From: Neovahlkampfia damariscottae
Taxonomy: Eukaryota
DNA: 64,000 nucleotides
Direction: 5' to 3'
Assembly (NCBI GenBank): GCA_016618085.1
Contig: JABLTG010000020.1
Span: 62,001 to 126,000, forward strand
The notes below the pieces were generated by a model. The model was not told the DNA's origin and searched no databases. It worked only from the letters and a program-made list of their open reading frames with translations. A program made the position numbers and the translations under genes. Shown here one piece after another: positions 39,372 through 51,129 of the stretch (positions within the stretch are counted from its first letter, which is position 1; each line of letters opens with the position of its first letter).

Positions 39372-41947
39372 ATGAGTATTGCTGCTGACTGGATTAAAGT
39401 AGGTGGAACAGGTAATCAATCCTACTATCAAAAAAAAGAGGTGTATGATATTGATTGGAATATATTAGAGTTTGATTTTGATAATTATGTGGTAGGTGTT
39501 GCTTCTAATGGTGGACCTGTAGCATTATCACAAGATCCAATGAAGGCACTTTTAGTAAATAGTCTTGAAGAAAGTTTACCTTTTATATATATTTACTCTT
39601 CATCTGGACGTTTAATTTCAAAGTTTATGGTAAATAATTTTCTTTTTTTCGAATTTTTTAAAGTTTAACAAAGGATCAGTACATTCTTTAGGATGGACAT
39701 CAGATGAAGACTTAGTGGTTTTGACTTGTGAAGCACAAGTCTTTTTATATGATTTTTATGGAAACCTTAAACATCAAATTTCATTTGTCGAAAAAGTAAA
39801 AGATTCTGGAATATTATATTCTGTTTTATGGGAATGTGGATTAGCTATAATGTCAAATGATTTAGAAGTTTGGGTCATTTCTGATTTTGATGACTCTTAC
39901 TGCGAAATGTTACAAAACGTAAAATTTCCAGATATACCAAATGGAATTGAAGTATTACTAAATTATGATGAAGATGATATGTTTTTAATACCAGAAATAT
40001 TAATAGCACCAAAAGAAGGTAGTTTAGTTTTAAATGGAATGGATGGATATCGAGATTTAAAAGTCAATAATGGTCCATTTTTAAGTTTAAGTTTATCACC
40101 TTCAAGAAAATTAATTGCATTATTTTCAGAAAGTGGAATGTTATTTATATATGATTCAGATCTGACTCAAATTGTTACAGAATTTAATACTAGATCAAAA
40201 GCAGCACCTTCACAATTTATTTGGTGTGGTGATGATAGTATTTGTTTATATTGGACACCACAACAACTTAATAAAAATGATAAATCATTAGTACTTATGA
40301 TATCACCTATTGGATATAATAAATTTACATTTGATGGTTCAATTTATTTATCATCTGAAATTGATGGTATACGTATATTTACATCAGATACATGTGAATT
40401 TTTACAAAAAGTACCAAGTAAGATAAAAAAAATGAATAACAAATTCAAAAGATTCAATTAAAGATATCTTTAGTATTGGATCATTAGAACCATCAGCACA
40501 ATTATTTGATTGTTTTACAGAATATGAAGAAACAAGTTCAATTCAAATGAAATATATTGAATCTTTAAGAAGAGATTTGAATGAAAGTATAATTGGATGT
40601 TTAAATGGAGCATGTTCAGAATTTGATTTAAGAATTCAAAGAAAATTACTTGGTGCAGCATCATATGGTAAATCATTTTTAAGAAAATTTAATTCACAAT
40701 TATTTGTTGAAAAATGTCAAATTATACGTGTTTTAAATGCAATGAGAGATGAAAAAGTAGGTATACCAATTACCTATGAACAATATAAAAATTTAACTAT
40801 TCAAAAATTAATTAAAAGATTATTAATTAGAAATTTACATTTTTTAGCATTTAAAATTTGTAATTATTTGAATATTCAACCATCAATGGTTGTTGAACAT
40901 TGGTCAATGGAAAAAATAAAAAGATCAGAAAATGATGATGAAACATTAAAATTAGTTGTTGATAAAATGAAAATGTCACCAAATGCATCATTTTCAAAAT
41001 TAGCAACTATTGCATTTGAATCTGGAAATAAGAATTTAGCATTAGGATTTCTTGAATATGAAATATCAGCTGGTGAACAAGTACCTGTTTTAATGAAAAT
41101 GAAAGAAATGAAAAGAGCATTATTAAAATCAATTGAATCAGGTGAAACTGATTTAATTTATTTAGTTTTACTTGAAATTAAAGAAAAAGTTGAACCAAAA
41201 ATATTATTCAAAATTATATCTGAACCATATTTTGAATTACCAAAACAATTATTAATAACATATTGTAAAGAACAAGATACTGAATTTTTAAAACAATTCT
41301 TTCAATCTTCTGATTTACCAGAAGAAGCTGCTTTAATGTTTATTCAAGAAACATTTAATCATAAAAATGATAATTCTGCAAGAATTAAAAGATTAAAAGT
41401 TGCGAAAGATTTATTTTCAACAAAAAAAGAATGTTATGTTGATTCAAAATTAATTCAAGAAGAAATTGATTTAATTAATATTCAAGAAGATTTTGATTCA
41501 TTATCTTCTGATGCAATCTATTCAAATACTTCAATTTCAGATTCAATTTATAATGCTATTCTTGAAAGACAAGATAAAAAAGCATTGGCTTTGAAATCAA
41601 AATTCTCAGTTCCAGATAAAAGGTATTGGTGGTTAAGAGTTAAAGCATTATCAAAATGTGAATATTGGGATGAATTAGAATCTTTTGCAAAATCAAAAAA
41701 ATCACCAATTGGTTATTCTCCATTTGTTCAAGTTTGTTTAGATAGAAATAATTTAGTTGAAGCATCAAAATATGTTACAAAAGTGTCAGATCCAAGAGAA
41801 AAAGTTGATTTTTGTATTCTTCTTGGAATGTGGAAAGAAGCAATTGATGCAGCAGCAAAAGATCAAAAATTATTAGTTACAATTGCAAATAAAACAAAAG
41901 ATCCACAAATTAGAGGTACTATTCAAACTTTATTAAAGAAATTTTAA
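39372..41947 (+). CDS. VPS16: HOPS/CORVET subunit Vps16
   Basis: SNGGPVAL, QFIWCG, SEIDGIRI, LLGAASYGKSF, GIPITYEQY, VPDKRYWWLRV, KKSPIGYSPF; two introns. Confidence 0.96.
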
Positions 41948-43245
41948 TTTATAATCACATCACTAAATCTATTTGATACAATTGTCTTTGAAATATTCAT
42001 TTTAGAAAATGATTCAATCAATTCATCTTTTTCTCTTTTTCTCTTTTTTAATTCTTTGATAATTCTACTTTGTCGGAGATTAATCAAATGAAGTTGAGTA
42101 ATTGTTGTTTTTTGATGATCAATTATCTTTTTGTAATCATCAACAGTCACTCTCAATAATGAAACTATTGGTATTTTTCTCTCACTTGTTGTTTTGGTTT
42201 TAATATTTGAAAAATCACCAATTGGGGCTTTCATTCCAGGTGGTCCTGTTAATGGTCCTCCCATTGGTGGTGGTGCAGGTGGTCCTCCCATTGGTGATGG
42301 ACCTGGAGAATTCCTCTTAAAAAGAGGCACTGACGCTTCTGGCGGTGTTGATGGAATTGATTTTGGAGAATCATCTGATGAAATGATTATTTCACTTGAC
42401 AATTCTTTTTTTAGAATATGATTGGTCTTCTCTAATTCTTGATTTCGTTTTACCATTTCATTCAATTCTTTCCTCAATTTTTCTATTTCTGATACTTCCG
42501 AAGATTCTGTTGGTGTAAAGATATCAAATGTTTCTAAATCTTCAAGAATCATTCTTTCTTCTTTTGTTTCAATAATTGGAATCCCTTGACCAAAAATAGT
42601 TTGAAATTCAATATTTGACAACATTGTATCAAATTCACTGAATTGAATTTCTTCTTCTTTGAAATTAAAATCAAAACATTCTGAGGGTATTGATTCTAAT
42701 TTTTTTCGTTTTGTTTCTTTTTGTGATTTATTTTCATCCTTTACCATTGTATCATTCTGTCTCTTTTGATAATAATTTGGTGGTTTTGAAATCAAATAAA
42801 ATTCTTTGCTTTTTAACACTTTTGAAAATGTAACAAATTCAACAAAATATTTAATCCAATTTGTTTTAGAATGTCTATTTACTTGTGACACTCCAATATC
42901 CTTACTTTTATCTTTGTACAACTTTGTACAACAAAATTAAAAACAAATAAAATTTACAAAATAAATGAAATGTTTTTCATCATTTATCTCAATAATTCTT
43001 TCAAATTCTGGTTTAATATTCATTAAACCATAATTAGGATCTATTTTATACCAATTTGGTCGTTGATTTTTATGAAAATTTGATTTATATTTTGATGGTA
43101 TTATTATTTCAAGTTTTAAATATTTTGAAAATATAAGTTCATCAAGAGGTTTCATTCTTTCTCCTTTTATCTCAATATCATCTGATTTAATGGTTATTTT
43201 TTGTTTTATTGAATCATCTTCTGTCACTAAACTGGACAAATTCAT
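41944..43245 (-). CDS. Hypothetical protein with coiled coils and a proline-rich segment
   Basis: Two exons (intron 42922-42957); PSPMGGPPAPPPMGGP; CCAATCA 14 nt from ATG 43245. Confidence 0.65.
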
Positions 43246-43460
43246 TCTGAAATGTTCTCCAATCAATTTCTGTTATTTTGAGAAACTGAAAGTGTGATCA
43301 TGTCTGGTGCGTTATTGGAGAAAACAAAGAAAAAACTGACAAGAATGAATTTCAATATCTTAGAGAATTTCTAGGTTCTGAAAAAACAGATTATAATTTA
43401 TTTTTTAAGTTATAAACTAAGGTTTATTCTGATAACGTAACTAATTACATTGGAGGAGTC

Positions 43461-44707
43461 TTACTCTTCTCTTAACTCTTTTCTTTTTGTATGAGAATAA
43501 GCAATATCCCCTGTTGAATTATAGATATCAACTCTTGATTCAGTTGTTGTCAAATGATGAATCATGAATCCCTCACTTTTTCCCAAAGAAAATTTAGAAT
43601 GAGTATGATTGGTGACAATCCAATTTGCCCATGTTTGTCCACCAGCTCCATTTACAAAATAATCCATAATAGTTTCATTCTTTGGTCCATAAGGAATTTG
43701 AATATGTCTTTCAGAAAAATTTAAAAAAAAAAAAAATTAAAAAATACTGAAGGATATGCCTAAAAAGTTAAAAATAAATAAACATACTGATGTCCACAAA
43801 AATATGCATCAATTTGAAATTCTTCAAATAATGATTCAAAATCTTTCATGTATGTATGTCCTTTTTAAAATTGTTTAATCAAATTTTAAATATATATTTT
43901 ACCCCAATCACCATAATCACCTCCAGAATACATGACATGATGACCATAAACAAATCTCCATCTATATGTATGTTGTCCTGCTTCTAAAACATTTCTTAAC
44001 CAATCAATAACTTCTTTGGTTGATAATTTTGCAACATGTGGATATTCAACTTGATACTCTGGATCAAATCTTGTTGTATCAATAAAAATTTGTTGAAATC
44101 TTTCACCTGATTTCAAATAACTTTCTTTTGTATAATAATAAAAAGGCATATGCCAATGTGGATTAATTTTACTATAAGCAATCTCTGATAAAGCAGAATT
44201 AGGTTTTCTATGATCATGATTTCCAAGTATACAATACCAATGTAAATTCTTCAAAGAATCATAAATATTATAAACATTTTCATAAGTAGTTTTAAAAAGT
44301 GGATCTGTGACATTGTCAACACCATACCAATAAAAATTATCACCCATAGACAATATATAATCAATATTTGTTTTTCTTGCTTCCAAACTTTTTCAATTAA
44401 TTTTTTGATTAAAATCAAACCTCATCATTTTTGCAACATTCTTTTGTTGAGGTGAATCCAAACCCCAATCACCAACATATATCATATTATAAGTTGATTT
44501 TTTTGGTATAGTAAAAAAAGTTACCAACGTAACAGTCAAAATTGTGGCAATAAATAAAATAAGAAGGATTGAAGAAATAAAAGGACAAAGTAGAAGCTTC
44601 AATTTTCTTAGATAAGGATTTTCTTGTTTTTGATTTGACTCAAATTTTTCATAAAATTCAATTCCTTGAGTTTCTTGTTCCAAATCTGCGTCACTTTCAT
44701 TCAACAT
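43461..44707 (-). CDS. Membrane-anchored purple/tartrate-resistant acid phosphatase (ACP5-like)
   Basis: All five metal-binding motifs: GDWG, GDNFY, GNHD, VYGHH and GHQH (the last built via a 12-nt micro-exon, 43748-43759); N-terminal TM anchor. Confidence 0.9.
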
Positions 44708-44845
44708 TTCTGAAAACTAAAATGATTGGTTAGAAAGTTCAAAAAAGTTGTTTATATTTACTCTTTTATAGTTTATTTGTTAAATTTAAAAGATGTGATT
44801 TTTCCAACCAATCATATTTTTTGAAGTCTCAAAACAAAAAGTTCA
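44708..44845. promoter_or_regulatory. Bidirectional promoter with two outward-facing CCAATCA boxes
   Basis: TGATTGG 44723-44729 and CCAATCA 44808-44814 lie between divergent ATGs 44707 and 44846. Confidence 0.7.
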
Positions 44846-46790
44846 ATGGAAAAACTCGCAGAACAACAGCCAACGAAACAATTTTTCTTGAGGGCTTCAA
44901 AAGACTGGGTTAATACAGTTCATAAAAAAGAGATAAGTCAGGAAGAACAATACACCATTTTAAAATATATGCAAGAACCTGACGAAAATATGGACTATGA
45001 GTCTGCAGATCAATTCTTTCGAACCTTAGTGAATGATAATGTATTTTCAGGTCATAATACTCAAAGACCTGAAAATAGAAGTTTATTTCCAGGTCCAATG
45101 GCAGTACAAATGGGTAGAAAACATTTAAATTATGTTCGCGACTTAAAATATTGGATAACAGAAAAGAGTGATGGTATAAGATGCATGGTAATTTAATTAA
45201 TTTAATTTTATATTTCAAGATGTTGACCTTATATGAACCAAATTTGACCAAATGGAAAATAATAGAACCAATGACTAAAATGTTAAATTGGCTTGATAGT
45301 TCAGCAATTGAAGTGACATATAATCACGCCAAAAGAGAAGATGAAAGACAATTTGATATTGAATTAGAAGATGGTTCATACTCTTTTGACGCTGAAAATT
45401 TGACACTGGAAAAGAATTCAACAATTTTTAAATTAAAAAGAGTACAAGGATGCTCTTTTTCATATTTATTTGATAGAAAATATTCATTTTATTTATGTAC
45501 CGAAGAATTTTTATTTCCAACACCTGAATCATTTCAATATGTTAAAAAACAAGAAACAGGAGAACTTTCATATCAAAGAGTATTAATTTTAGATGGAGAA
45601 GTACTTTATAATTTTAGAGATCGTAGATATAATTATACAATTTATGATATTATAACTTTATCAGTTCAAAAAGATTTAAGTAGGAATATTAGTTCACCTT
45701 GGTCATGTTCAAAATTAAATATTGAAAAGAAATTAAAAACAATTGATCAATGTGTTATTCAACCTCATTATTTTCTTTATAAAGAAGTTTTAAAAACGAA
45801 TACACCAAAATGTTTATTTTTGATTTTAAAACATTTTTATCCAAAAGAACAAGTTGAAGAAATTTTAAGTCATATTAAAAAAGATGAAAAATCAGGTGAA
45901 TATTTATATAAGAATTATAATAAAAATGATGGACTAGTATTCACACCAGATGATACAAAATATTATACTTTTTTACCTGGAACAAATAATTTTTTATTAA
46001 AATGGAAATGGACAGATAAATTAACTTGTGATTTTGAAGCATATCCAAATCCTACAAATGATAAATTTTCATTAAAATATGTAAAACAAACAATTCATTT
46101 CTTAAACAATAATAGATGGTTTATAAACAAAAAGTGATTTATAAAGATGTTTATTTAACAAAAGACAATAAACCTCTTGAAAGAAAAGAATGTGTTGTTG
46201 AATGTTTATTTGATAGAGAAAATCAAAAATGGGTAGTATTATGTTTAAGAAATGATAAAACTCATGGAAATGGTTTTAATGTTGTTTCAAATACATTAGA
46301 GAATGTTATTGAAAATTTAACAAGAGAAGAATTAATTGATGTTATCAAAGGAAAATCATCAAATAAAAATATGTCAATAAAGAATGATAAAGAATATATT
46401 CAAGATGTAATGAATTCTGATTATTATGCTCATTTTGAAATTGGAAAAAAAAAAGATCAATTTTTATACATTCAAGTTAAACATTTCCCAAAGAATTCAA
46501 GAGATGCAACAACCAATTATCAAAGAGTTTGGGATTGTATTGGTCCAGAAGGTGATACAAATGCTGATCTTGAATCAATTGTTAATCAATTATATCAAGA
46601 TGCAAGATCAAGAAAACAAACTTTATGTGCTAGATGTATTTTCATTCCTTCTTTAGGCATTTGGAAAATTATGGATTTTAAAGGATCATTGGAGAGAGCA
46701 ACTGGAAATCAACTGGTCAGTACTTTAGAAAAAGTTGCAAGTTTGACTGCAAAAAATAAATTAAAAAGAAAAATTAATGAAATTGAATGA
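44846..46790 (+). CDS. Stand-alone mRNA capping enzyme (guanylyltransferase)
   Basis: Motif I WITEKSDGIR, III LILDGE, IIIa YTIYDI, IV DGLVF, V LLKWKW, VI LRNDK; no triphosphatase domain; two introns. Confidence 0.9.
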
Positions 46791-46851
46791 AGGAATAATT
46801 AAAAATTTTTTTTTTTAATTTTTCCGAACCAATCATATTTTTTTTTCCTGA

Positions 46852-48258
46852 ATGAACACAATTTACAATGCAACAAAAAAGTTGACATCAGAGTTCTCAA
46901 TGGCAGAATTATTTTTTGGAATACAATATATACAACATGAATTTGATGAAAAAGAATTTGTGAACACATCGAATATTTTTCAATTGGACGAAAAAGAAAT
47001 TGAACTTTATTCATATTTATCAAATATTCAGTCAAAAGTGAATAAAAAAACAATGGAAGATTTTGTTAAATCATCATGTTTACCAATTCAATGGATTTTA
47101 GGATATCAAATTGAATCAACAAAAGAAAGAAATGGATATGTTTTAGTTTTAGACCATAGTATAAAATCTTTATGTTTATATATAAATGGAACTCAAAATT
47201 TTACTGATTTAATTACAGATATAAAAGCAGATTCGATTGAATTTCTTGATGGGTTTGCTCACAAAGGAATGTTACATATTTCAAATTGGTTTATGGAAAA
47301 TTTAAAAGATTTTATATTAGATACACTAAAAATTAATCAAGATTATAATTTTTATATTATTGGTCATTCATTGGGAGCAGGTGTAGCTTCCATTTTGAGT
47401 ATAAGATTAATTGAATTTTTTCCAAAATTAAAATGTATTGGATTTGCTTGTCCATCATGCTTGTCAGAAAATTTATCAAAACAATCATCAAAATATATTA
47501 TAAATTTTATAAATCAAAATGATTTTGTTCCAAGATTTTCAATTTATTCAATAAAAGAAATGAAAAAAAAATTACCAGATGATTGGATTGAAAAATTTCG
47601 AGAAGATGTTAAAAATACAGAATCAAGTTGGATGAAAGGATTGAAGAAAGCAGGTGCTATTGATTATCTTTTAAAACCAACTAAAAAAGAAGAAAGAAAT
47701 GTAAAACTACCTCCTATTCCAGTGAATTTATTGAATCAAAAATTATATCCAGTTGGAAGAATTATTCATTTTTATGAAATTGAAAATGAATTATTTTTGA
47801 ACGAACCAAAACTTGATGATTTTTTAGATTTAATTTTAATTGGTAATTATGTAGAGGATCATAAAATGATTCATTATTTTGAGAAATTTGAAATGTTAAA
47901 ATTAAAATTATCAACTATAAAAAATATCGAAAATTTTGATGAAAAAGAAGAAAAATTAAAAATATTAAAATTATTAGACGAAAAAGAAGAAAGATTAAAA
48001 AAAGAAATAGAAAAAGAATTAATAAAAAAAGAAGAAGAGAGATTGAAAAAAGAAGAAGAATTATTGAGACAAGAAGATGAAGAATGGGAAAAGATCAATG
48101 ATCCATTTGAAGAAATTAAAGAAGAAGAACTACCTCCTCTTCCAAAAATTAATAGAACTAATCAAATATTACCACCTATACCTTTGAATACATCATTGAA
48201 AATGACAAATAATTTGAACAAAAAATTACCACCTCCACCAAAAGTTTTGAAAAAATGA
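46852..48258 (+). CDS. Class 3 lipase (DAG-lipase-like) with coiled coil and PxxP-rich tail
   Basis: GFAHKGM, IIGHSLGAG nucleophile elbow, DFVPR, LYPVGRIIH, DHKM. Confidence 0.88.
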   Translation: MNTIYNATKKLTSEFSMAELFFGIQYIQHEFDEKEFVNTSNIFQLDEKEIELYSYLSNIQSKVNKKTMEDFVKSSCLPIQWILGYQIESTKERNGYVLVLDHSIKSLCLYINGTQNFTDLITDIKADSIEFLDGFAHKGMLHISNWFMENLKDFILDTLKINQDYNFYIIGHSLGAGVASILSIRLIEFFPKLKCIGFACPSCLSENLSKQSSKYIINFINQNDFVPRFSIYSIKEMKKKLPDDWIEKFREDVKNTESSWMKGLKKAGAIDYLLKPTKKEERNVKLPPIPVNLLNQKLYPVGRIIHFYEIENELFLNEPKLDDFLDLILIGNYVEDHKMIHYFEKFEMLKLKLSTIKNIENFDEKEEKLKILKLLDEKEERLKKEIEKELIKKEEERLKKEEELLRQEDEEWEKINDPFEEIKEEELPPLPKINRTNQILPPIPLNTSLKMTNNLNKKLPPPPKVLKK

Positions 48259-48260
48259 TT

Positions 48261-48990
48261 TTATTGGATGGTTTCAACATTTTCTAATTCCTTCATTTCT
48301 TCACTTTTTTCATTTGAAAAATCATCATCATCAAGACCAGTTTCTAATTCAATAAATGCTAATTTTTCAAGCCACCAAGGAAGTGGAGGATACATTACAT
48401 CATGCATCCATTTAATACCTTCTTTTACATTTTCTTCATTTTTAAATGAACACTCAAATATGTTCCATTTTTTATTTTTTAAATTTTCTTCAAAGTTAAA
48501 TATTTTCATTACATCTTCTTTTGAGATTTTATTTTCATTGTCTTGTTTGTTCAAATAAAATAGAAATGGTATTTCTTTATCTTTTTTGGTTATTTTAAAA
48601 TTATCCATTTCAATCATTGAATAAAATTCATTTTTAATCACTTCTAAATTATCTAAAGAATCTAAAACAAAAATAAAAGCATCATAAGAAGAAACTTCTT
48701 TCCAATTTTCTTTTTGTTCATTTGAAAAATCATACACTTCATAATATACTTCACCAGATATAACTGTCTGTATTTTAGCTTTATTCTTCAATTTTAATTC
48801 ATTATTTTTTATAGGTTTATGATACTTTTTGAATAAATCAGATAAAGTTGATTTTCCTAAAGAAGAAATGTCAAAACAAAACCAAATGAATACCAGATTG
48901 TTTTTGACCCCATATTAATAACATAAACTCTCTTTGAGGAAATAGAAATGATTCCATGTCATCAGCTCGATCAGAGAACCATTGTCCCAT
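48261..48990 (-). CDS. Divergent Arf/Arl-family GTPase
   Basis: MGQWFS myristoylation-type start; spliced P-loop GQKQS|GKST; FIFVLDS, YLNKQD, WNIFECS, EGIKW; G3 DxxG replaced by DFSN. Confidence 0.75.
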
Positions 48991-49037
48991 TGTTAATAAC
49001 TTTGATTGGATAAAATAAATAAAAATTAATTTTATTT

Positions 49038-50059
49038 TTAAAATGGTAAACCACCTCTACCACCTCCACTTCCACCACCTCTTCTTCTTTCATAACAAAC
49101 ATTATATTTTTCAATCACATCATTCAATACATTTGTTCCTTTTGTCATTGTTGACATATATGTTATCAATAAAACTTCATTCATTTCTTTTGTATAATCT
49201 TTTCTAAATTGATCTGAATCAACTGTTGGAAGACGATGACAAACTGAAGATATTTTTCGTAAAGTATCATAATCCTTTTCAATTTTACCTTCTTTGACTA
49301 ATTCTAAATATTTTATCATTAATTCAACTCTATCATTGAGCATTGTTACAGCATTTGAAAGTGAAGAAAATCTTGGAATTACTGGAAAAAAAAAAAAAAT
49401 AAATGTTTTTAAAAACTTACAAGAAGATGAATCTGTTGATGTTTGTTGTTCAAGTTTGTTTACATGTTCAACAGTGATTCTTTCACTTTCAACTGATTGA
49501 ACAGAGAAATCAAGTGGTGCAAATTTGACTAAGTCTCCAGTACTTGAGTATTCAATAACAGTCTCATATAAATAAACTGGAAATTCTTTTTGATTTTTTT
49601 TTGGTTTTGTATCACAAAGTAAAAAAAGTGGACTTTCAAGTATCATCATAAATTGTTCATGAATAGCTACTTCATCTTTTGTAAGTGATTCTCCAACAGT
49701 ATACCATCCAATAACTTCATGATCTGGAAAAATTTCACCATCTTTTTATAAATATTAGAAACAAAGAAAAACTAACAAATTTTTTTTTTTGAGTCTAAAA
49801 AGTCTTTGTCAATTGAACATTTTCCATCTTTGACATCAATTTTTAAATCAAATGAAATATCAATTTCAACACTTCTGCCTGATTGTTTTCCGTATAAAGC
49901 TCCAATAATTCTTGGCTTTAAAATTTAATATTATAACTTTTTTACTGTTTCTTCATTTGAATTAACTTTTATTCTGGTAAAGTGATCTGAAACATTAAGT
50001 ACAACTAAAGGGTGAAGAATTGCTTCTAAGGCGGATGTGCTTTCTTGTATTAAACTCAT
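49038..50059 (-). CDS. COPS6: COP9 signalosome subunit 6 (MPN domain)
   Basis: LHPLVVLNVSDHFTR, IIGALYGKQSGR, VIGWY, ESPLFL, ESERITVEHV, LLITYMSTMTKG; three introns. Confidence 0.92.
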
Positions 50060-50179
50060 TTTTTATTTTATTGGCTAAAAATACCACCAATCACAACGTC
50101 ATTTATTTTTAGATTTGAAAAATAATTCTTAAGATTTATTCAAATTTATAATCTCGAGATTTATTCACAGTTTATTTCA

Positions 50180-51073
50180 TCAGAATTTTGTTTTCAAGAA
50201 TTTTTCTTTTAAATCAATCAAAATGTCGTCATGATGATCACTAATCAATTTATCAATATTTGGTTTTGAAAATGAATAATTGTATTCATCTTTAAAAATT
50301 AATTTAAACATAAAAAAATAAGAAAATAAATCAATAAATATTGTATCATTCAATTCTCGAAATAATTCAATTTTGAATAACTTATTTTTAAAATAATCAA
50401 CTAAAAATTTTCTTAAATTATCCTTTTTTGAATCATTTAAAAAATAAAAACCATTCAAATTATCATTTAAAAACTTTTCATCTTTCAAAACAAAAGTAAT
50501 GAAACATTCGACTGGGTTTGTCAGAAAATATGAAAATAAGAATTCATTTGATTTCATTTTATTCAAATAACAATTTCCAATATAAAAATTACATTCATTT
50601 TTTAATTCATTATTCTTTTTAAATTTATTAAAATTGAATTCATTGGATATTTCAAAATCGAATATTAAAAAATAAAATTTGTTTTCATTTATAAATTCAT
50701 TAAATGAAAGGATTGAGTTATCTTTCAAAATTAATGCAATTTCTTTTTCTTTTGATGTAAAAAAACGAACAACTTTTGATTGAAAATAACTCTTAATTTT
50801 TTCATCTTTTTTGTTTAATTTAATTTCACCTGAATAATAAAGTACCGATTTATCACGTTTTGATATCAAATTTAAATTTTCTTTCAATTTTTTTTTATCA
50901 AAATTATTATTTAAATTGTACTTTAGTTGAGGATAATAAAAGGTAAAATATTTTACAAGATTTAAATTATTCTCATTATTTGAATATCTTTTACTTTTTC
51001 CATTTATATTTATTAAATGATTCACAATCACATTCAATCTTCTTTGAGAAGATGAACTAGATTGAGAATTCAT
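50180..51073 (-). CDS. Hypothetical protein with N-terminal PTS2-type peroxisomal targeting signal
   Basis: Intronless ORF; MNSQSSSSSQRRLNVIVNHL contains R-L-x5-H-L. Confidence 0.6.
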   Translation of the reverse strand: MNSQSSSSSQRRLNVIVNHLININGKSKRYSNNENNLNLVKYFTFYYPQLKYNLNNNFDKKKLKENLNLISKRDKSVLYYSGEIKLNKKDEKIKSYFQSKVVRFFTSKEKEIALILKDNSILSFNEFINENKFYFLIFDFEISNEFNFNKFKKNNELKNECNFYIGNCYLNKMKSNEFLFSYFLTNPVECFITFVLKDEKFLNDNLNGFYFLNDSKKDNLRKFLVDYFKNKLFKIELFRELNDTIFIDLFSYFFMFKLIFKDEYNYSFSKPNIDKLISDHHDDILIDLKEKFLKTKF

Positions 51074-51129
51074 CAACCAATCAAACTCTTGCGCCAAAAG
51101 AAATCAAAATTTTATTTTAAAAAAATGAA

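Noticed and set aside
43270..43460. Longer intergenic stretch with a short frame (CDHVWCVIGENKEK...) and CTGA boxes; possible snoRNA or gene relic
   Set aside because: No convincing C box, terminal stem or intact ORF, so I cannot support a call.
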